Below are positions 38,801-49,349 of a DNA stretch of 56,175 nucleotides, one piece after another. Made by a program: the position numbers and the translations under genes. This DNA comes from Candidatus Aenigmatarchaeota archaeon (GTDB lineage Archaea; Aenigmatarchaeota; Aenigmatarchaeia; GW2011-AR5; JACRMX01), in the NCBI GenBank assembly GCA_018304635.1, contig JAGVVW010000002.1:1-56175 (forward strand), given 5' to 3'. Under the pieces are notes generated by a model. It did not search any database. It had not been told where the DNA came from and saw nothing but the letters and a program-made list of their open reading frames with translations. Numbering within the stretch: the first letter of the stretch is position 1; the number at the start of each line of letters is the position of its first letter.

Positions 38801-39886
38801 ATGAAGCTGGTATATGAATCTTTCGGAAGCTGGAAATTCCAGGATAATTCCAGAGCTCATCTGATTTTGAGAAACATGAAAAAATTTGACGATATTACAG
38901 TAATAGACGGACCTGCAGACATAACCAAACCAACAAAAAAATTCGTCAAGTACATCATTGAGGACTCACTGCCATATAAATTTTTATTAAAATCTTATAC
39001 TGAAAGTAACGGGATTAAAGTAAAAAACAGGCCTCTTATTTTTCAGAAACACGGCCTTCCGTGGACAGCAATCAATTCCTTTGTAACAAAAAAAAGAGTC
39101 CTGAGAGAAAATCCCGATGTGTATGTAATAAATCATCCCTTAAATAATTCATGGCTGCTTAATACAAAAACAGATTTCACAACAGTTTTTGATGTGAGAG
39201 ATTGGATACCTGGATATTATTATAGGACAGAAAGAGATAAAGTTAGTAAACTTTTCATCAAAATGCTGAAAAGTGTTGACAAAGTAATAACTGTATCAAA
39301 ACCATTGGTTGAATGGATAGAGAAAGAATCTGGAGTAACAGCAAATCTTATTCATACGCCTGTAAATTTGGATAATTTTAAAAATGCCAGACCTCTTGTT
39401 AAATCCAGTAGACCTATTGTAGGAGCTATTGGTTGTACATATAAAGAATGGTTTAGAGTGGACATTCTCGATGAAATTACGAATTTAATGAAAGATTTTA
39501 CTTTTCTGTATGTTGGACCAAGTGATTATAATTTCAAACCAAGAGACAATGTCATAATGACAGGTAGAGTACCCTTCAAAGACGTCAAAAATTACATAGC
39601 TTCTATGGATATATGTTTAATGCCATTTAAAACATATGATTTTTATACAAGTTGTGCATGCCCTGTAAAGTTTTTTGAATATGCAGCACTCGGGAAGCCA
39701 ATGGTTTCTACAAACTTACCAGGAATTCTGGATGTTACAAAAGAAGTATTTATTGCCAATACATCTGAAGAATTTGTCACAGCAATAAGAAAAGCTGTTA
39801 AAAGAGGCACCAAACCATATCCGTGGATAAAAAATTATGATTGTAAAGTAATTGTTAAAAAGTATGAGGATTTTTTGTTAAATTAG
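38801..39886 (+). CDS. Glycosyltransferase family 4 (GT-B)
   Basis: TGRVPF, MDICLMPF, PVKFFEYAALGKPMVST. Confidence 0.85.
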   Translation: MKLVYESFGSWKFQDNSRAHLILRNMKKFDDITVIDGPADITKPTKKFVKYIIEDSLPYKFLLKSYTESNGIKVKNRPLIFQKHGLPWTAINSFVTKKRVLRENPDVYVINHPLNNSWLLNTKTDFTTVFDVRDWIPGYYYRTERDKVSKLFIKMLKSVDKVITVSKPLVEWIEKESGVTANLIHTPVNLDNFKNARPLVKSSRPIVGAIGCTYKEWFRVDILDEITNLMKDFTFLYVGPSDYNFKPRDNVIMTGRVPFKDVKNYIASMDICLMPFKTYDFYTSCACPVKFFEYAALGKPMVSTNLPGILDVTKEVFIANTSEEFVTAIRKAVKRGTKPYPWIKNYDCKVIVKKYEDFLLN

Positions 39887-39889
39887 GAT

Positions 39890-40564
39890 GTGATACGATT
39901 GCATAAATATGAAGAAATCTATTTTTCTGAAAGGCGTGATTTTCCTGCAAGATGGAATTTTTGGGCTGATTTTTGCAGAAAACATTCCAGTGGAAAATTA
40001 TTGGATGTCGGCTGCGCCTACGGGCATTTTCTCAGAAAAGCTGAAAAATATTTTGAAACATACGGCACTGATATATCAAAACATGCTATAAACACGGCAA
40101 AAACCACAGCCCCAGAAACCAGGTTTTTTATTCAGGACGCTGAAAAATTGAACTTTGACGATGATTTTTTCAATATCATAACACTTTTTGATATTTTAGA
40201 ACATCTCGAAAATCCGGAAAAATGCCTGAACAAGTGCAGAAAAATCGCTAAAAATAAGGCGCTTGTAATAATTTCTGTTCCAAATATATCAGATAAAAAA
40301 GATGAAGAAAAATGGAAAGTCCTTGATAACACACACAGGTCTTTATTGTATAGGAAAGAATGGATAAAACTTATTGGAAATTACATTAAAATAGAATCTG
40401 TAAATTCAGATGGATTTTACAATAAAAAGATTCATCTCCTACCTGGAAGTCTTAATAAAATGATAGTTTGCATTCCCGGGCTTTTGCAATACAGGATAAA
40501 GAAACTCTTTATTCCGCCTATGGGTGAAAACCTTATAATCATTGGAAGAATGGTGAAACTATGA
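39890..40564 (+). CDS. Class I SAM-dependent methyltransferase
   Basis: LLDVGCAYGHF, DAEKL, FDILEHL, ISVPN. Confidence 0.88.
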   Translation: MIRLHKYEEIYFSERRDFPARWNFWADFCRKHSSGKLLDVGCAYGHFLRKAEKYFETYGTDISKHAINTAKTTAPETRFFIQDAEKLNFDDDFFNIITLFDILEHLENPEKCLNKCRKIAKNKALVIISVPNISDKKDEEKWKVLDNTHRSLLYRKEWIKLIGNYIKIESVNSDGFYNKKIHLLPGSLNKMIVCIPGLLQYRIKKLFIPPMGENLIIIGRMVKL

Positions 40565-42267
40565 AAAATGCGTTATTGGTTGTATTTTTACTCGCTCTTA
40601 TTATCAGGCTTGCTCCGGGAATAATCTCGGGGTTTCCGGCAGGCGTGGATTCCTATGCACATGCTGTAATAGCAAATGAATTTATTGAAACAAACAGCAT
40701 ACCAATGAGGAATTCAGATGAATACAGACTTTATCCGATGATATATCACGAAGTTGTTGCATCGCTTTCCATTGTTTCAGACACCTCTGTTCTTTTGTGG
40801 CAGATATTTCTGCCTTCATTTATAACAGCATTGACGTGTGTTCTGATATATTTATTATTAAAGCAGAATACCAGAAAAGAAATAGTCAGTCTGGCTGGAG
40901 CATTGTTTTTTGCATTTTCACCGGGAAACATATTATTCTCAGCAAGCGCAGGCATGCCGCAGGTTTTTGGTATTTTCCTATTTTTGCTGATTTTTTATAT
41001 ATTTCTATCCAAAATCGGGTTTACTGAAAAAGCTATTCTGATATTTATTTTATCACTTACCCTTGCTGCAACCCATGTCAGCTCTTCCATGCTTTTCTTG
41101 ATTGTTATTCAGGGGATTTTTTTTATTTTGTTGATTTTTATCTTTCTGGGCTACCCGAAAGTCAGGGCTTCGTATAAATTGATTTTGCTTATTATATCGT
41201 ATATCGGAATTATATTCAGTCATCTTATTTTCAACAATGTCTACAAATATTATATAGGAACAAGCTACTATGCTGCATACTTTACACTATCAGATATAGC
41301 TATTAAGGTATTGATTACATCCTCACCATTTATAGCACTTTTGTTTTTGTATATTTATTTAGCCAATAAAAACATGTGGATTGAAAAAATTAATAAAACA
41401 GCCTCTAATAGATATATAATTTACATTACAGCCATTTCCATAATAGCCATATTTACATCATTAACATTCATTTTTTTTGAACCAAAACCAACAGAATATT
41501 ACCTCACAACTCCTTTATGGTATTTCCCGATATTTGCAGGAATAACAGCAACCATTCTTTCGTATTTTGGAATATATTATGCTCTAAAAAAACATGATTT
41601 ATTTTCCACATTTCTTATAGTATTGCTCTTTCTGAGCTTTTTAATTGCTTTTGCCGGAAAAGGAAATATACGCGAGATGACATTCATAGGACTGCCAATA
41701 TCAATGCTTGGTGCTTTAGGAACTGAATATATTCTATTTATAATAAATAAGTTTATCAGGAGGACTCTCATTATTATCGGAATTATACTAATGGTAATTC
41801 CGGCAATACTTGCAACATCCTATATGACAGTAAACTGGCTAAATAGTGAAGAACGCGACGCCCTGATTTATCTCAATAAAATATCCTATATAAATGAAAG
41901 CGTTGCATGTATCAGCTCATGCCAGTATATTGATTATTTTTTGAATGGAACATCCAGAGATATAATCAACACTGAAGTCTTTGCCACAACGAATATGTCT
42001 AAAAAAGTTGATATAATTAGAAATTATAACATTACGTATTTGTTTCTTGATAAAAGGGATAAGATGATATTTATTAGATCAAAAATGACACCAGTTGAAA
42101 GAGGACTGAATATTGTTTTTGGTTACATGCCAGAACGATTAGAAAACATAACATGTGTTGAAGGGCTATGTAATTTAAACGAAGTAAAATTTTTGTACCA
42201 GATATATGACAAAGATGGGATAGAAATATATAAGGTTAGAAAATCCTATCCATTTTTAGCAACTTAG
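40561..42267 (+). CDS. Multi-pass membrane protein, GT-C-like
   Basis: TM1 followed by GVDSYAH and YP loop, many TM helices, C-terminal soluble domain (YNITYLFLD...IYKV). Confidence 0.6.
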   Translation: MKNALLVVFLLALIIRLAPGIISGFPAGVDSYAHAVIANEFIETNSIPMRNSDEYRLYPMIYHEVVASLSIVSDTSVLLWQIFLPSFITALTCVLIYLLLKQNTRKEIVSLAGALFFAFSPGNILFSASAGMPQVFGIFLFLLIFYIFLSKIGFTEKAILIFILSLTLAATHVSSSMLFLIVIQGIFFILLIFIFLGYPKVRASYKLILLIISYIGIIFSHLIFNNVYKYYIGTSYYAAYFTLSDIAIKVLITSSPFIALLFLYIYLANKNMWIEKINKTASNRYIIYITAISIIAIFTSLTFIFFEPKPTEYYLTTPLWYFPIFAGITATILSYFGIYYALKKHDLFSTFLIVLLFLSFLIAFAGKGNIREMTFIGLPISMLGALGTEYILFIINKFIRRTLIIIGIILMVIPAILATSYMTVNWLNSEERDALIYLNKISYINESVACISSCQYIDYFLNGTSRDIINTEVFATTNMSKKVDIIRNYNITYLFLDKRDKMIFIRSKMTPVERGLNIVFGYMPERLENITCVEGLCNLNEVKFLYQIYDKDGIEIYKVRKSYPFLAT

Positions 42268-42351
42268 ATCCGGCATTTTATTTGCAACATAAAAGGAAAA
42301 CGATCTTTCAAGCGATTCTAACATATGCAGTTTAAAATGACTTCAAACCAT

Positions 42352-43011
42352 TTATGATGTAGCCATTTTCTGAATTTCAACCAGCCACAGGTATGAAAAC
42401 CTTTTTAGAAACCACGGATTTTTAATTCCAATAGAATATTTTCCGCGGCTGAAAGACAAACCTGCGAAAAAACCATCAATATAATTTATTTTAAAGTTAT
42501 TTCTTAGCATCAGTTCGCGGAGTTCTGACTCACTATATTCTCTAAAATGTATGCTATTACCACCCAGATCATGAGGAAACGTAACTGGCCTGCCGATAAT
42601 TTTTCTTATAACAGATGACAGCCTGTTTTTGTTTGGAGTTGTCAAAAAAGCAGTTCCACCAGGCTTCAATACACGATAGATTTCAGCCAGGAATCTACCA
42701 TCATCAGTAACGTGCTCTATTACATCTGTTGTTATAACACGATCAAAATAATTTCTTTCAAATGGAAGATTTAATGCATCAGCAACCTTGAACTCGACCT
42801 GGGTAAGGTGTTTGAATTTTACTTTATTTTTATCAATCTGTTCTTTATCCATATCAACAGCGGTTATCTCGTTGTTATTTTTACATAATTTTATGGTATT
42901 ATTAAAAGTGCCGCAACCTATGTCCAGAATCCTGCCATGAAATTCAGATATTTTCTTAAGGATTACCTTGTTACGGTGAACACCGTATGGATTCAGAATA
43001 TTCCATGTCAC
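42352..43011 (-). CDS. Class I SAM-dependent methyltransferase
   Basis: ILDIGCG, ADALNLPF, DVIEHV, RVLKPGG, TTPN, HFREYS. Confidence 0.9.
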   Translation of the reverse strand: MTWNILNPYGVHRNKVILKKISEFHGRILDIGCGTFNNTIKLCKNNNEITAVDMDKEQIDKNKVKFKHLTQVEFKVADALNLPFERNYFDRVITTDVIEHVTDDGRFLAEIYRVLKPGGTAFLTTPNKNRLSSVIRKIIGRPVTFPHDLGGNSIHFREYSESELRELMLRNNFKINYIDGFFAGLSFSRGKYSIGIKNPWFLKRFSYLWLVEIQKMATS

Positions 43012-43020
43012 TTTTACACC

Positions 43021-44070
43021 TCACAGACTTTCATACAGTTCTTCGGTTTTTTTTGCAACAAATTCCCATGTATAATTACTTTCAATAAAACTTCTTGAAT
43101 CTACTTTTTGATTCAGATTTTTCTCAATTAAGATTGATAATTCATTTTCGTTTTTAAACATTTCACAAAATTCATCCGGTAAATCAGGTGCTATACCAAC
43201 AGGTGTCGCCAAAACTTTTGTATTACAGGCCAGTGCCTCAATAAGAGTTATTCCAAAGCCTTCTCTTTGTGATGGAGATACATAAACACCTGCCTGCATT
43301 AGGGCTGATATTTTATCCGGTTCAGATATCTGTCCGACAAATATGATATCAACATTTTTTTGTATAGCTATTTTTTTTAGCTGTTCAGCATCACCCCAGT
43401 CTTTGCCAGCTATCACAATGATAGGCTTTTCATCAAGTTTTGAAACAGCTTTGATAATCATATCAAATCTCTTATATCTCGAAATTCTGCCTATTGACAG
43501 AATAAAATCCCCGTCAATGTCATATTTTAGTTTGAAGTTTGATGTTTTTTTAAGGCTATACTTTTTTATATCAACCCCACACGGTATGTGACAAACCGTA
43601 CCGCCAAATTTGTCAAAAAATTCTTTTTGAAGCTTTGTTACTGCAATAACCGTGGAATTTTTTATTATTTTTCTGCCATTAGTCTTGTTGTAAAATGCCT
43701 CTATAACATTTTTTGGGAACTGCGTATGGTAAAATTCATATGGCGTTATAACAATTGGCAGATTTTTATTTTTGGCTACTGAAAACGCAGCTAATACAGC
43801 ATGGCTTCCCCAGCCATGGCCATGAATAATATCAGCACCAGCAGAATTTAGATATTCTCTAAGCTCTTTGGAATAGCAATAACCTCCAATATGATGAAAT
43901 GGAAATCGTCTTATATTAACATTATCAATTTTCTCTATATCATGATCTGAAAATAGTTTTGTTGCTATAATTTCATCTATTGATTTTATTCTAACCGCCA
44001 GATTATAGATATGTTCCTCAATTCCACCCATCGGATAAACAAAATTCCTGGTCACTGATTTTACTATCAT
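43021..44070 (-). CDS. Glycosyltransferase family 4
   Basis: GGIEEH, IGRISRYK, SPSQREGFGITLIEALAC, YTWE. Probable start ATG 44070. Confidence 0.9.
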   Translation of the reverse strand: MIVKSVTRNFVYPMGGIEEHIYNLAVRIKSIDEIIATKLFSDHDIEKIDNVNIRRFPFHHIGGYCYSKELREYLNSAGADIIHGHGWGSHAVLAAFSVAKNKNLPIVITPYEFYHTQFPKNVIEAFYNKTNGRKIIKNSTVIAVTKLQKEFFDKFGGTVCHIPCGVDIKKYSLKKTSNFKLKYDIDGDFILSIGRISRYKRFDMIIKAVSKLDEKPIIVIAGKDWGDAEQLKKIAIQKNVDIIFVGQISEPDKISALMQAGVYVSPSQREGFGITLIEALACNTKVLATPVGIAPDLPDEFCEMFKNENELSILIEKNLNQKVDSRSFIESNYTWEFVAKKTEELYESL

Positions 44071-44078
44071 AAATAATT

Positions 44079-45002
44079 TCAACTCTTCTTTACAGACATT
44101 CTCGCGTTCCATCCGGATTTTCCTTCTTTTATTGCACTTAACTGTGTAATTGGTGCAAAACTTCTGAACATAAGAGACCTGAGCAAAACATCGTTATACT
44201 GTCTCAAAACAAATCTCTGCCATTCCAGTTTCTTTCCCTGATATAGATTTTTCATATAAAAATATGTATGATTTCTATAGTACCAGTAGCACCATTTTTT
44301 AATATCCATTGCAGAAACATTGCCACCAGCATTACTTTCCTTGTGATATAACGATGCTTTTGGATTAAACAAAATTTTCATTCCTAGTTTTTTAATTCGC
44401 GGCCCAAAATCAGTTTCTTCCCTGTAACCGTTACCGCCATAGAATTCATCATAGCCACCTATACGCTTCAAAACATCTGCTCTTATTGACATGTTAGCTC
44501 CAGGCAGACAATCAACCCCCTCCACCTGTTTTTTATACGGACTAAAATTTGAAATAACCTCACCGCTTGAAAGTATCTTACCTGTTACATTTCTCCTCAT
44601 TTTAAACCAGATTTTTCTCATGATACCGGTGCTATAAGGTTTTATTTCGCTGCCACCAACAGCTGCTATATCTTTATCTTTATAGCACCTCATTAATTCA
44701 GACAACCAATTCGGCTCAACAACAACGTCATCATCTATAAAAACAATAACTTCACCACGTGCTTTTTCTATTCCTTTATTTTTAGCACCAGCAGCACCAA
44801 GTTTTTGGGGATAAAAAAAAGAACGTATTGGCAAATCCTTAAAATCACCAAGAACCAGCTTAACTGCTTTATCGTCTTTATTTCCATTGGCTATGACAAT
44901 TATTTCATATTTATTGTTATATTTCAAATTTCTAAAAGATAAGAGGCAATTTCGGAGTTCATTGTATCTTTCATGAGTTGGTATAACTATTGACGCTATC
45001 AT
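44079..45002 (-). CDS. Glycosyltransferase family 2
   Basis: SIVIPT, FIDDD, GANMSIR, GGYDE, EETD. Probable start ATG 45002. Confidence 0.9.
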   Translation of the reverse strand: MIASIVIPTHERYNELRNCLLSFRNLKYNNKYEIIVIANGNKDDKAVKLVLGDFKDLPIRSFFYPQKLGAAGAKNKGIEKARGEVIVFIDDDVVVEPNWLSELMRCYKDKDIAAVGGSEIKPYSTGIMRKIWFKMRRNVTGKILSSGEVISNFSPYKKQVEGVDCLPGANMSIRADVLKRIGGYDEFYGGNGYREETDFGPRIKKLGMKILFNPKASLYHKESNAGGNVSAMDIKKWCYWYYRNHTYFYMKNLYQGKKLEWQRFVLRQYNDVLLRSLMFRSFAPITQLSAIKEGKSGWNARMSVKKS

Positions 45003-45052
45003 TATAATCTTTTTTTCATAAAGCATAAAAAACAAGAATCCTATAATTAATA

Positions 45053-46399
45053 ATGAAAAAACCTGATATATATTTTATTGGCATTCTTGCTATAAGCATA
45101 GTAGTATTAGTTCCTGTTTCTTTTACCAATCAGGGTTATTTCTGGGACGAAGGAGCATATATATCAAGTGCCTTGGCATTATCAGGAAAAGAAAATTACA
45201 ACATATTCACTGATCGTTACCCTTTGATATCCTACGTAACAGCTTTTGGCTTTGTATTAGGAGCAGATCTCGTAACAATAAACATAATTCCAGCATTGAT
45301 TGCAATAGGTTCTGTGTGCATGATATATTTATTAGGATCATTGTTATTTGATCGCAAAACAGGGTTTCTTGCTGCATTGTTCACGACATTTTCATGGTAT
45401 TTCTGGGGCGTGGCTGCAAATATTCTAAGCGACACTATTTCGCTTTTATTTTTCATAACATGCATTTACTTTTTCATGAGATTTTTCAAAACAAAAAGCA
45501 AAATTAATGCAGTCATATCAGGAATTTCACTGGGTATTGCATTTATGGCCAGATCACAGACAATGCTGGCAATACCTATAATATTTTTATTTATCACATT
45601 CATCTGGATTTTGGAAAAAAGGGATTATAAAAAAAATCTGGTTGGTTTGATTATTTTAACATTCATGTCTCTGGTTGTTATATATTTGGAAACTGTTTTC
45701 ACGTGGTTTGATTTTGAACATATTCCAGCTGCAATAACACTGAGCAGCTCACCTGTTGATTTTGACATTATAAGCAACATAACAAAATGGATCCCAAAAA
45801 CTGTCTATTATTTTTCATTTGTTCCAGTAATTTTAGTATTATATTATATAATACTAACTGTGAAAAAAATAGATGAAAATTTCTTACTTCTTTTAATAGG
45901 CCTGTTCGCGACAACGCTTCCTTTTGTTCTGTTCACCAACTGGACTGAATCCCGGTTTTTGTTACTGGCAGTGCCGTTTATTTTTATCATGGCTGCGAAA
46001 TCCATATTTATAATAAAGGAAAAATACAGCTGGAAAATTTTCTATCTGGTCTTGGCAATAGCTTTGTTATCACTTGTTATCAAGCCATCATCTACTGGAA
46101 TTGAAACAGGATGGGACAACCTACAGCGTATCAACAAACCGAATACTGAATTTATAGAATTATGCAACATTGTAAAACAAAACAGCAATGAAAATGAAAC
46201 AATAGGCGTCACATCTATGGCACATCCTGCGATAAATATTCATTGCGAAAGGAAAATTGAATACGCAGATTTAAAGAATCCAGAAAGATTAAAGAATCTT
46301 TCAATAATAATCGATATAACAGAAAATAGAGTGGAGAATATAACAGATTACGACCTGATAGGAATTTCAGGAAGTTATGAAATATACAAAAGAAATTGA
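45053..46399 (+). CDS. GT-C glycosyltransferase (PMT_2/ArnT/GT39-like)
   Basis: FWDEGAY, RYPL, ILSD, LGIAFMAR, ESRFLL, many TM helices. Confidence 0.78.
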   Translation: MKKPDIYFIGILAISIVVLVPVSFTNQGYFWDEGAYISSALALSGKENYNIFTDRYPLISYVTAFGFVLGADLVTINIIPALIAIGSVCMIYLLGSLLFDRKTGFLAALFTTFSWYFWGVAANILSDTISLLFFITCIYFFMRFFKTKSKINAVISGISLGIAFMARSQTMLAIPIIFLFITFIWILEKRDYKKNLVGLIILTFMSLVVIYLETVFTWFDFEHIPAAITLSSSPVDFDIISNITKWIPKTVYYFSFVPVILVLYYIILTVKKIDENFLLLLIGLFATTLPFVLFTNWTESRFLLLAVPFIFIMAAKSIFIIKEKYSWKIFYLVLAIALLSLVIKPSSTGIETGWDNLQRINKPNTEFIELCNIVKQNSNENETIGVTSMAHPAINIHCERKIEYADLKNPERLKNLSIIIDITENRVENITDYDLIGISGSYEIYKRN

Positions 46400-46451
46400 G
46401 ATGGTTGTAGTAATTATGTCATTCATTATAGTTAGCCCTGACGCTTTCCAT

Positions 46452-47843
46452 TCAACCATTCAATTTATACAAATAAAGCGTTTCCGTACTATCCACAAAT
46501 TCCAATGTAAGGTTATTTTTATCTGAGAGATAGAACTTGCAATCCGGTTTAATACCTAGTAATGGTTTTTGTTTTGCCAGAAAAGATATTTTCTGATATG
46601 TTCCGAAACCGGAAATATCTCTGTCTGTACATAATGTTCCATTCACTTTTTCAAGTATTTGTTCAGTATCTATCTCTTCACTATAAGCATTAACTATTCT
46701 CGGTATTGAGAATTCTGGAGCACTCAATCTGAAATGCTTGTCAACTATAATCAATGGACTTGCTGAACTGACAGATATAAGAGAAACTACCAGAACTACT
46801 GGAAATATGCTGAAATTTTTAATTCTGATTTTTCTTGTTTCATATATTCCAATAGAAACAAATATGAGCAAGAATGGTTCAAGCATGACATTGTAGCGCT
46901 CGTCATGAAGTGGTGTCATTAAGAGCCCTAAAAAAATTATTAATATAGATATCAAAATAAGTGATTTGTTTTTATTCCATGACTTCAGAAACAGGTACAG
47001 TCCGCATATCAGAAATAACGAAATTAGAACAGACAACTGATATAAAAACATTAAAGGATAGAAGAACACACCACCAAAAGATGTTATCACACTCCAGACA
47101 TATCCTTGTTGAGAAACTCCCTGAAAATAAACAGGGGTATCAAAAGAATTGCCTATCATTTGTTTTTGTAATGCAGAAAACGGTGATCCAAGAGTCAGCT
47201 GATTATAAACCAGCCACGGTGTTAGTATAAGAATAAATAAAAGAAATGCCAGCCAAATATTCCTATTTTTTAGCCATGAAAATTTTTCAGTATAGAACAA
47301 ATATATTACAAAAACCGGGATAATGAAAATCATAAAATATTTCATGAGAAACGCAAGACCCAAAACAATTCCCGAAAGCCAGTAGTATTTCCCGGATTCT
47401 CTGCCCTTAATAAAAAGATATGTACATAAAATCATCAATGATGCCACAGGCACATCACTAAGCATCTGGTTGGAATACCACCAGAAATGCCAGTTCAATG
47501 CAAGAAGCAGTGAAGCTATCAGGGCTATTTTTTCACCGAAAAATTTTCTTGTAAGTAAAAACAAGGATATTATTCCTAATATTCCGAATATCGGAACAAC
47601 CAATTTTACAATTCTCCAGTCAGTACTTATTCTAAAAAGGATAGAATAAATAGCAGGAAGAAGTGGGGGCCTGTAATCCAGTTCAGTAGATGTTTCATAG
47701 CCAGCCATTGACAAACCAGTTGTAAGGTATGAAAACTCATCAGGATAATAATCATACGGAGATGAATAATACCCAATCATCAATTTAATTGCGATGATAA
47801 AGAGAAAGATTATCAAAATGTAATGTTTTCGCATATCAAACAT
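46452..47843 (-). CDS. GT-C glycosyltransferase (PMT_2/ArnT/GT39-like)
   Basis: YPDEFSY, YRPPLLP, MLSDVP, GLAFLMK, PWLVYN..LGSPF, DERY. Confidence 0.82.
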   Translation of the reverse strand: MFDMRKHYILIIFLFIIAIKLMIGYYSSPYDYYPDEFSYLTTGLSMAGYETSTELDYRPPLLPAIYSILFRISTDWRIVKLVVPIFGILGIISLFLLTRKFFGEKIALIASLLLALNWHFWWYSNQMLSDVPVASLMILCTYLFIKGRESGKYYWLSGIVLGLAFLMKYFMIFIIPVFVIYLFYTEKFSWLKNRNIWLAFLLFILILTPWLVYNQLTLGSPFSALQKQMIGNSFDTPVYFQGVSQQGYVWSVITSFGGVFFYPLMFLYQLSVLISLFLICGLYLFLKSWNKNKSLILISILIIFLGLLMTPLHDERYNVMLEPFLLIFVSIGIYETRKIRIKNFSIFPVVLVVSLISVSSASPLIIVDKHFRLSAPEFSIPRIVNAYSEEIDTEQILEKVNGTLCTDRDISGFGTYQKISFLAKQKPLLGIKPDCKFYLSDKNNLTLEFVDSTETLYLYKLNG

Positions 47844-47925
47844 ACATATAATTACATAGTTTATTTTTATATGGATGCAATCTATGTCTTATATTTTCCA
47901 ATAAGTTTTAAAATAGTGGACTTTA

Positions 47926-49086
47926 TCATGTATAGCTCTGTAAAAGAACTGTTCCAAAGGTAATGCTGTCAATAATAACAAATAGTATAAATAATGAAAT
48001 CATCCATTTATTTTTTTCTGCAACTGTTCTGGAAGCCAGAATAATCAAAGGAAATTCAATGAAATAAAGCCATCTGTCAGCAAGACCAATGAAAAATATC
48101 CCGATTGTTGTTAGTATCAAAGAAGATAATAAAAATATCATATCAAACGATTTCCATTCCCTGGTTTTTATGTTAGTTATTATCATGGGTAATGAAAACA
48201 AAAATATTGTCTGCGTCCATATGATAACTCTTACAAGCTCTGGTGTGTTTGTATACGGGTTCATATAATCCGTTATCATGCCTTCATAAGTGTATAGCGA
48301 TGGCAATGCCCAGATAACTAATGGTATGCATGAAATAAACACCAATAGAATAAATTTTTTAATATCTGACACATTTCGTTGTAAAATATAATATATTAAT
48401 CCAGTCAACACGAACAATGTAAATGTCATGATATGCGACAATGCGAGCAGTGAAATAGAAACAACAGTCAGAACTGTGATTCTCTTTGTTTTATTGGTTA
48501 TAAAACATAAAGATGTTAACAGGAAAAAATTAGCAATTACATTTCTGAATAAATCCGCTGAAAATCTTAATTGAAGTGGTGCTAAAGTCAGAATAATTGT
48601 TGCAATAACTGCAACATTGCGGCCAAAAAATCTCTGCGCTAAAAAAAAGAAAGGTATGACAGTCAGTGCTGATATCAAGGGAACTAATATATAGACAATC
48701 TGGATTGATCCAAAAACCTGTGAAAATGGCTTTGAAATCCAGAAAAACAGCGGCTCTAGAATTTTATCATTTTCAGTTGCAGACAGATAAAATGGAACAT
48801 CGTAACCAACTGGACCGCTGTGGTATAAAACCGTAAAAACGCGAAACAAAAATGATACTGCTATAATTATTAAAAAAAACCAGATCAATCGGATCTTGTC
48901 AAAATTAAAATTACTATGCTTCCTCAGCAGAAAATTTGCCAAAACCAGCAATAAACCAAATTCCAATAACCTGTAAGATCCCAGAGCATTGTTAGATATC
49001 AGTCTATACACTCCGATAAAAATAAATAAAACACCAACAATCCAGAAATATTTAATCAGACAATCATAGATTTTTCCAGTATTCAT
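47926..49086 (-). CDS. Multi-pass membrane protein, GT-C-like
   Basis: GYDVPFY, EPLFF, ALSH, DRW, hydrophobic throughout. Confidence 0.6.
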   Translation of the reverse strand: MNTGKIYDCLIKYFWIVGVLFIFIGVYRLISNNALGSYRLLEFGLLLVLANFLLRKHSNFNFDKIRLIWFFLIIIAVSFLFRVFTVLYHSGPVGYDVPFYLSATENDKILEPLFFWISKPFSQVFGSIQIVYILVPLISALTVIPFFFLAQRFFGRNVAVIATIILTLAPLQLRFSADLFRNVIANFFLLTSLCFITNKTKRITVLTVVSISLLALSHIMTFTLFVLTGLIYYILQRNVSDIKKFILLVFISCIPLVIWALPSLYTYEGMITDYMNPYTNTPELVRVIIWTQTIFLFSLPMIITNIKTREWKSFDMIFLLSSLILTTIGIFFIGLADRWLYFIEFPLIILASRTVAEKNKWMISLFILFVIIDSITFGTVLLQSYT

Positions 49087-49117
49087 ATCTGAATTATCAT
49101 TTTAAAAGTTATAAAAC

Positions 49118-49198
49118 AGCCTTTTTGGAGATTTATGTTTATGAAATTTTCATTTATTATCTACCAAAAATCCTGGGGAAAATATTACACATCCTTTT
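49118..49198. repeat. Second copy of the 10750-10817 element
   Basis: Shared ordered blocks agccttttt, agattt, gaaatttt, aaaaatcct, gggaaaa, tatta, cctttt. Confidence 0.6.
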
Positions 49199-49349
49199 AT
49201 GTAAATGGGGAACATATACATAACCTTTTTGCAGAATCCGTCACTTTCTTCTTCTCGCTTTCTTTTGCTTCTTCACATCTCCTGCATTCTGACCTGTTGA
49301 TTTCAAAATCTGTAGATGAAATTTAAAATTATATAAAACGAACTAACCT

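Noticed and set aside
49135..49326. 63-aa ORF, or a remnant duplicate of the surface protein's basic tail (..VKKQKKARRRK* on the minus strand)
   Set aside because: Low-complexity purine-rich similarity only, with no start signal.
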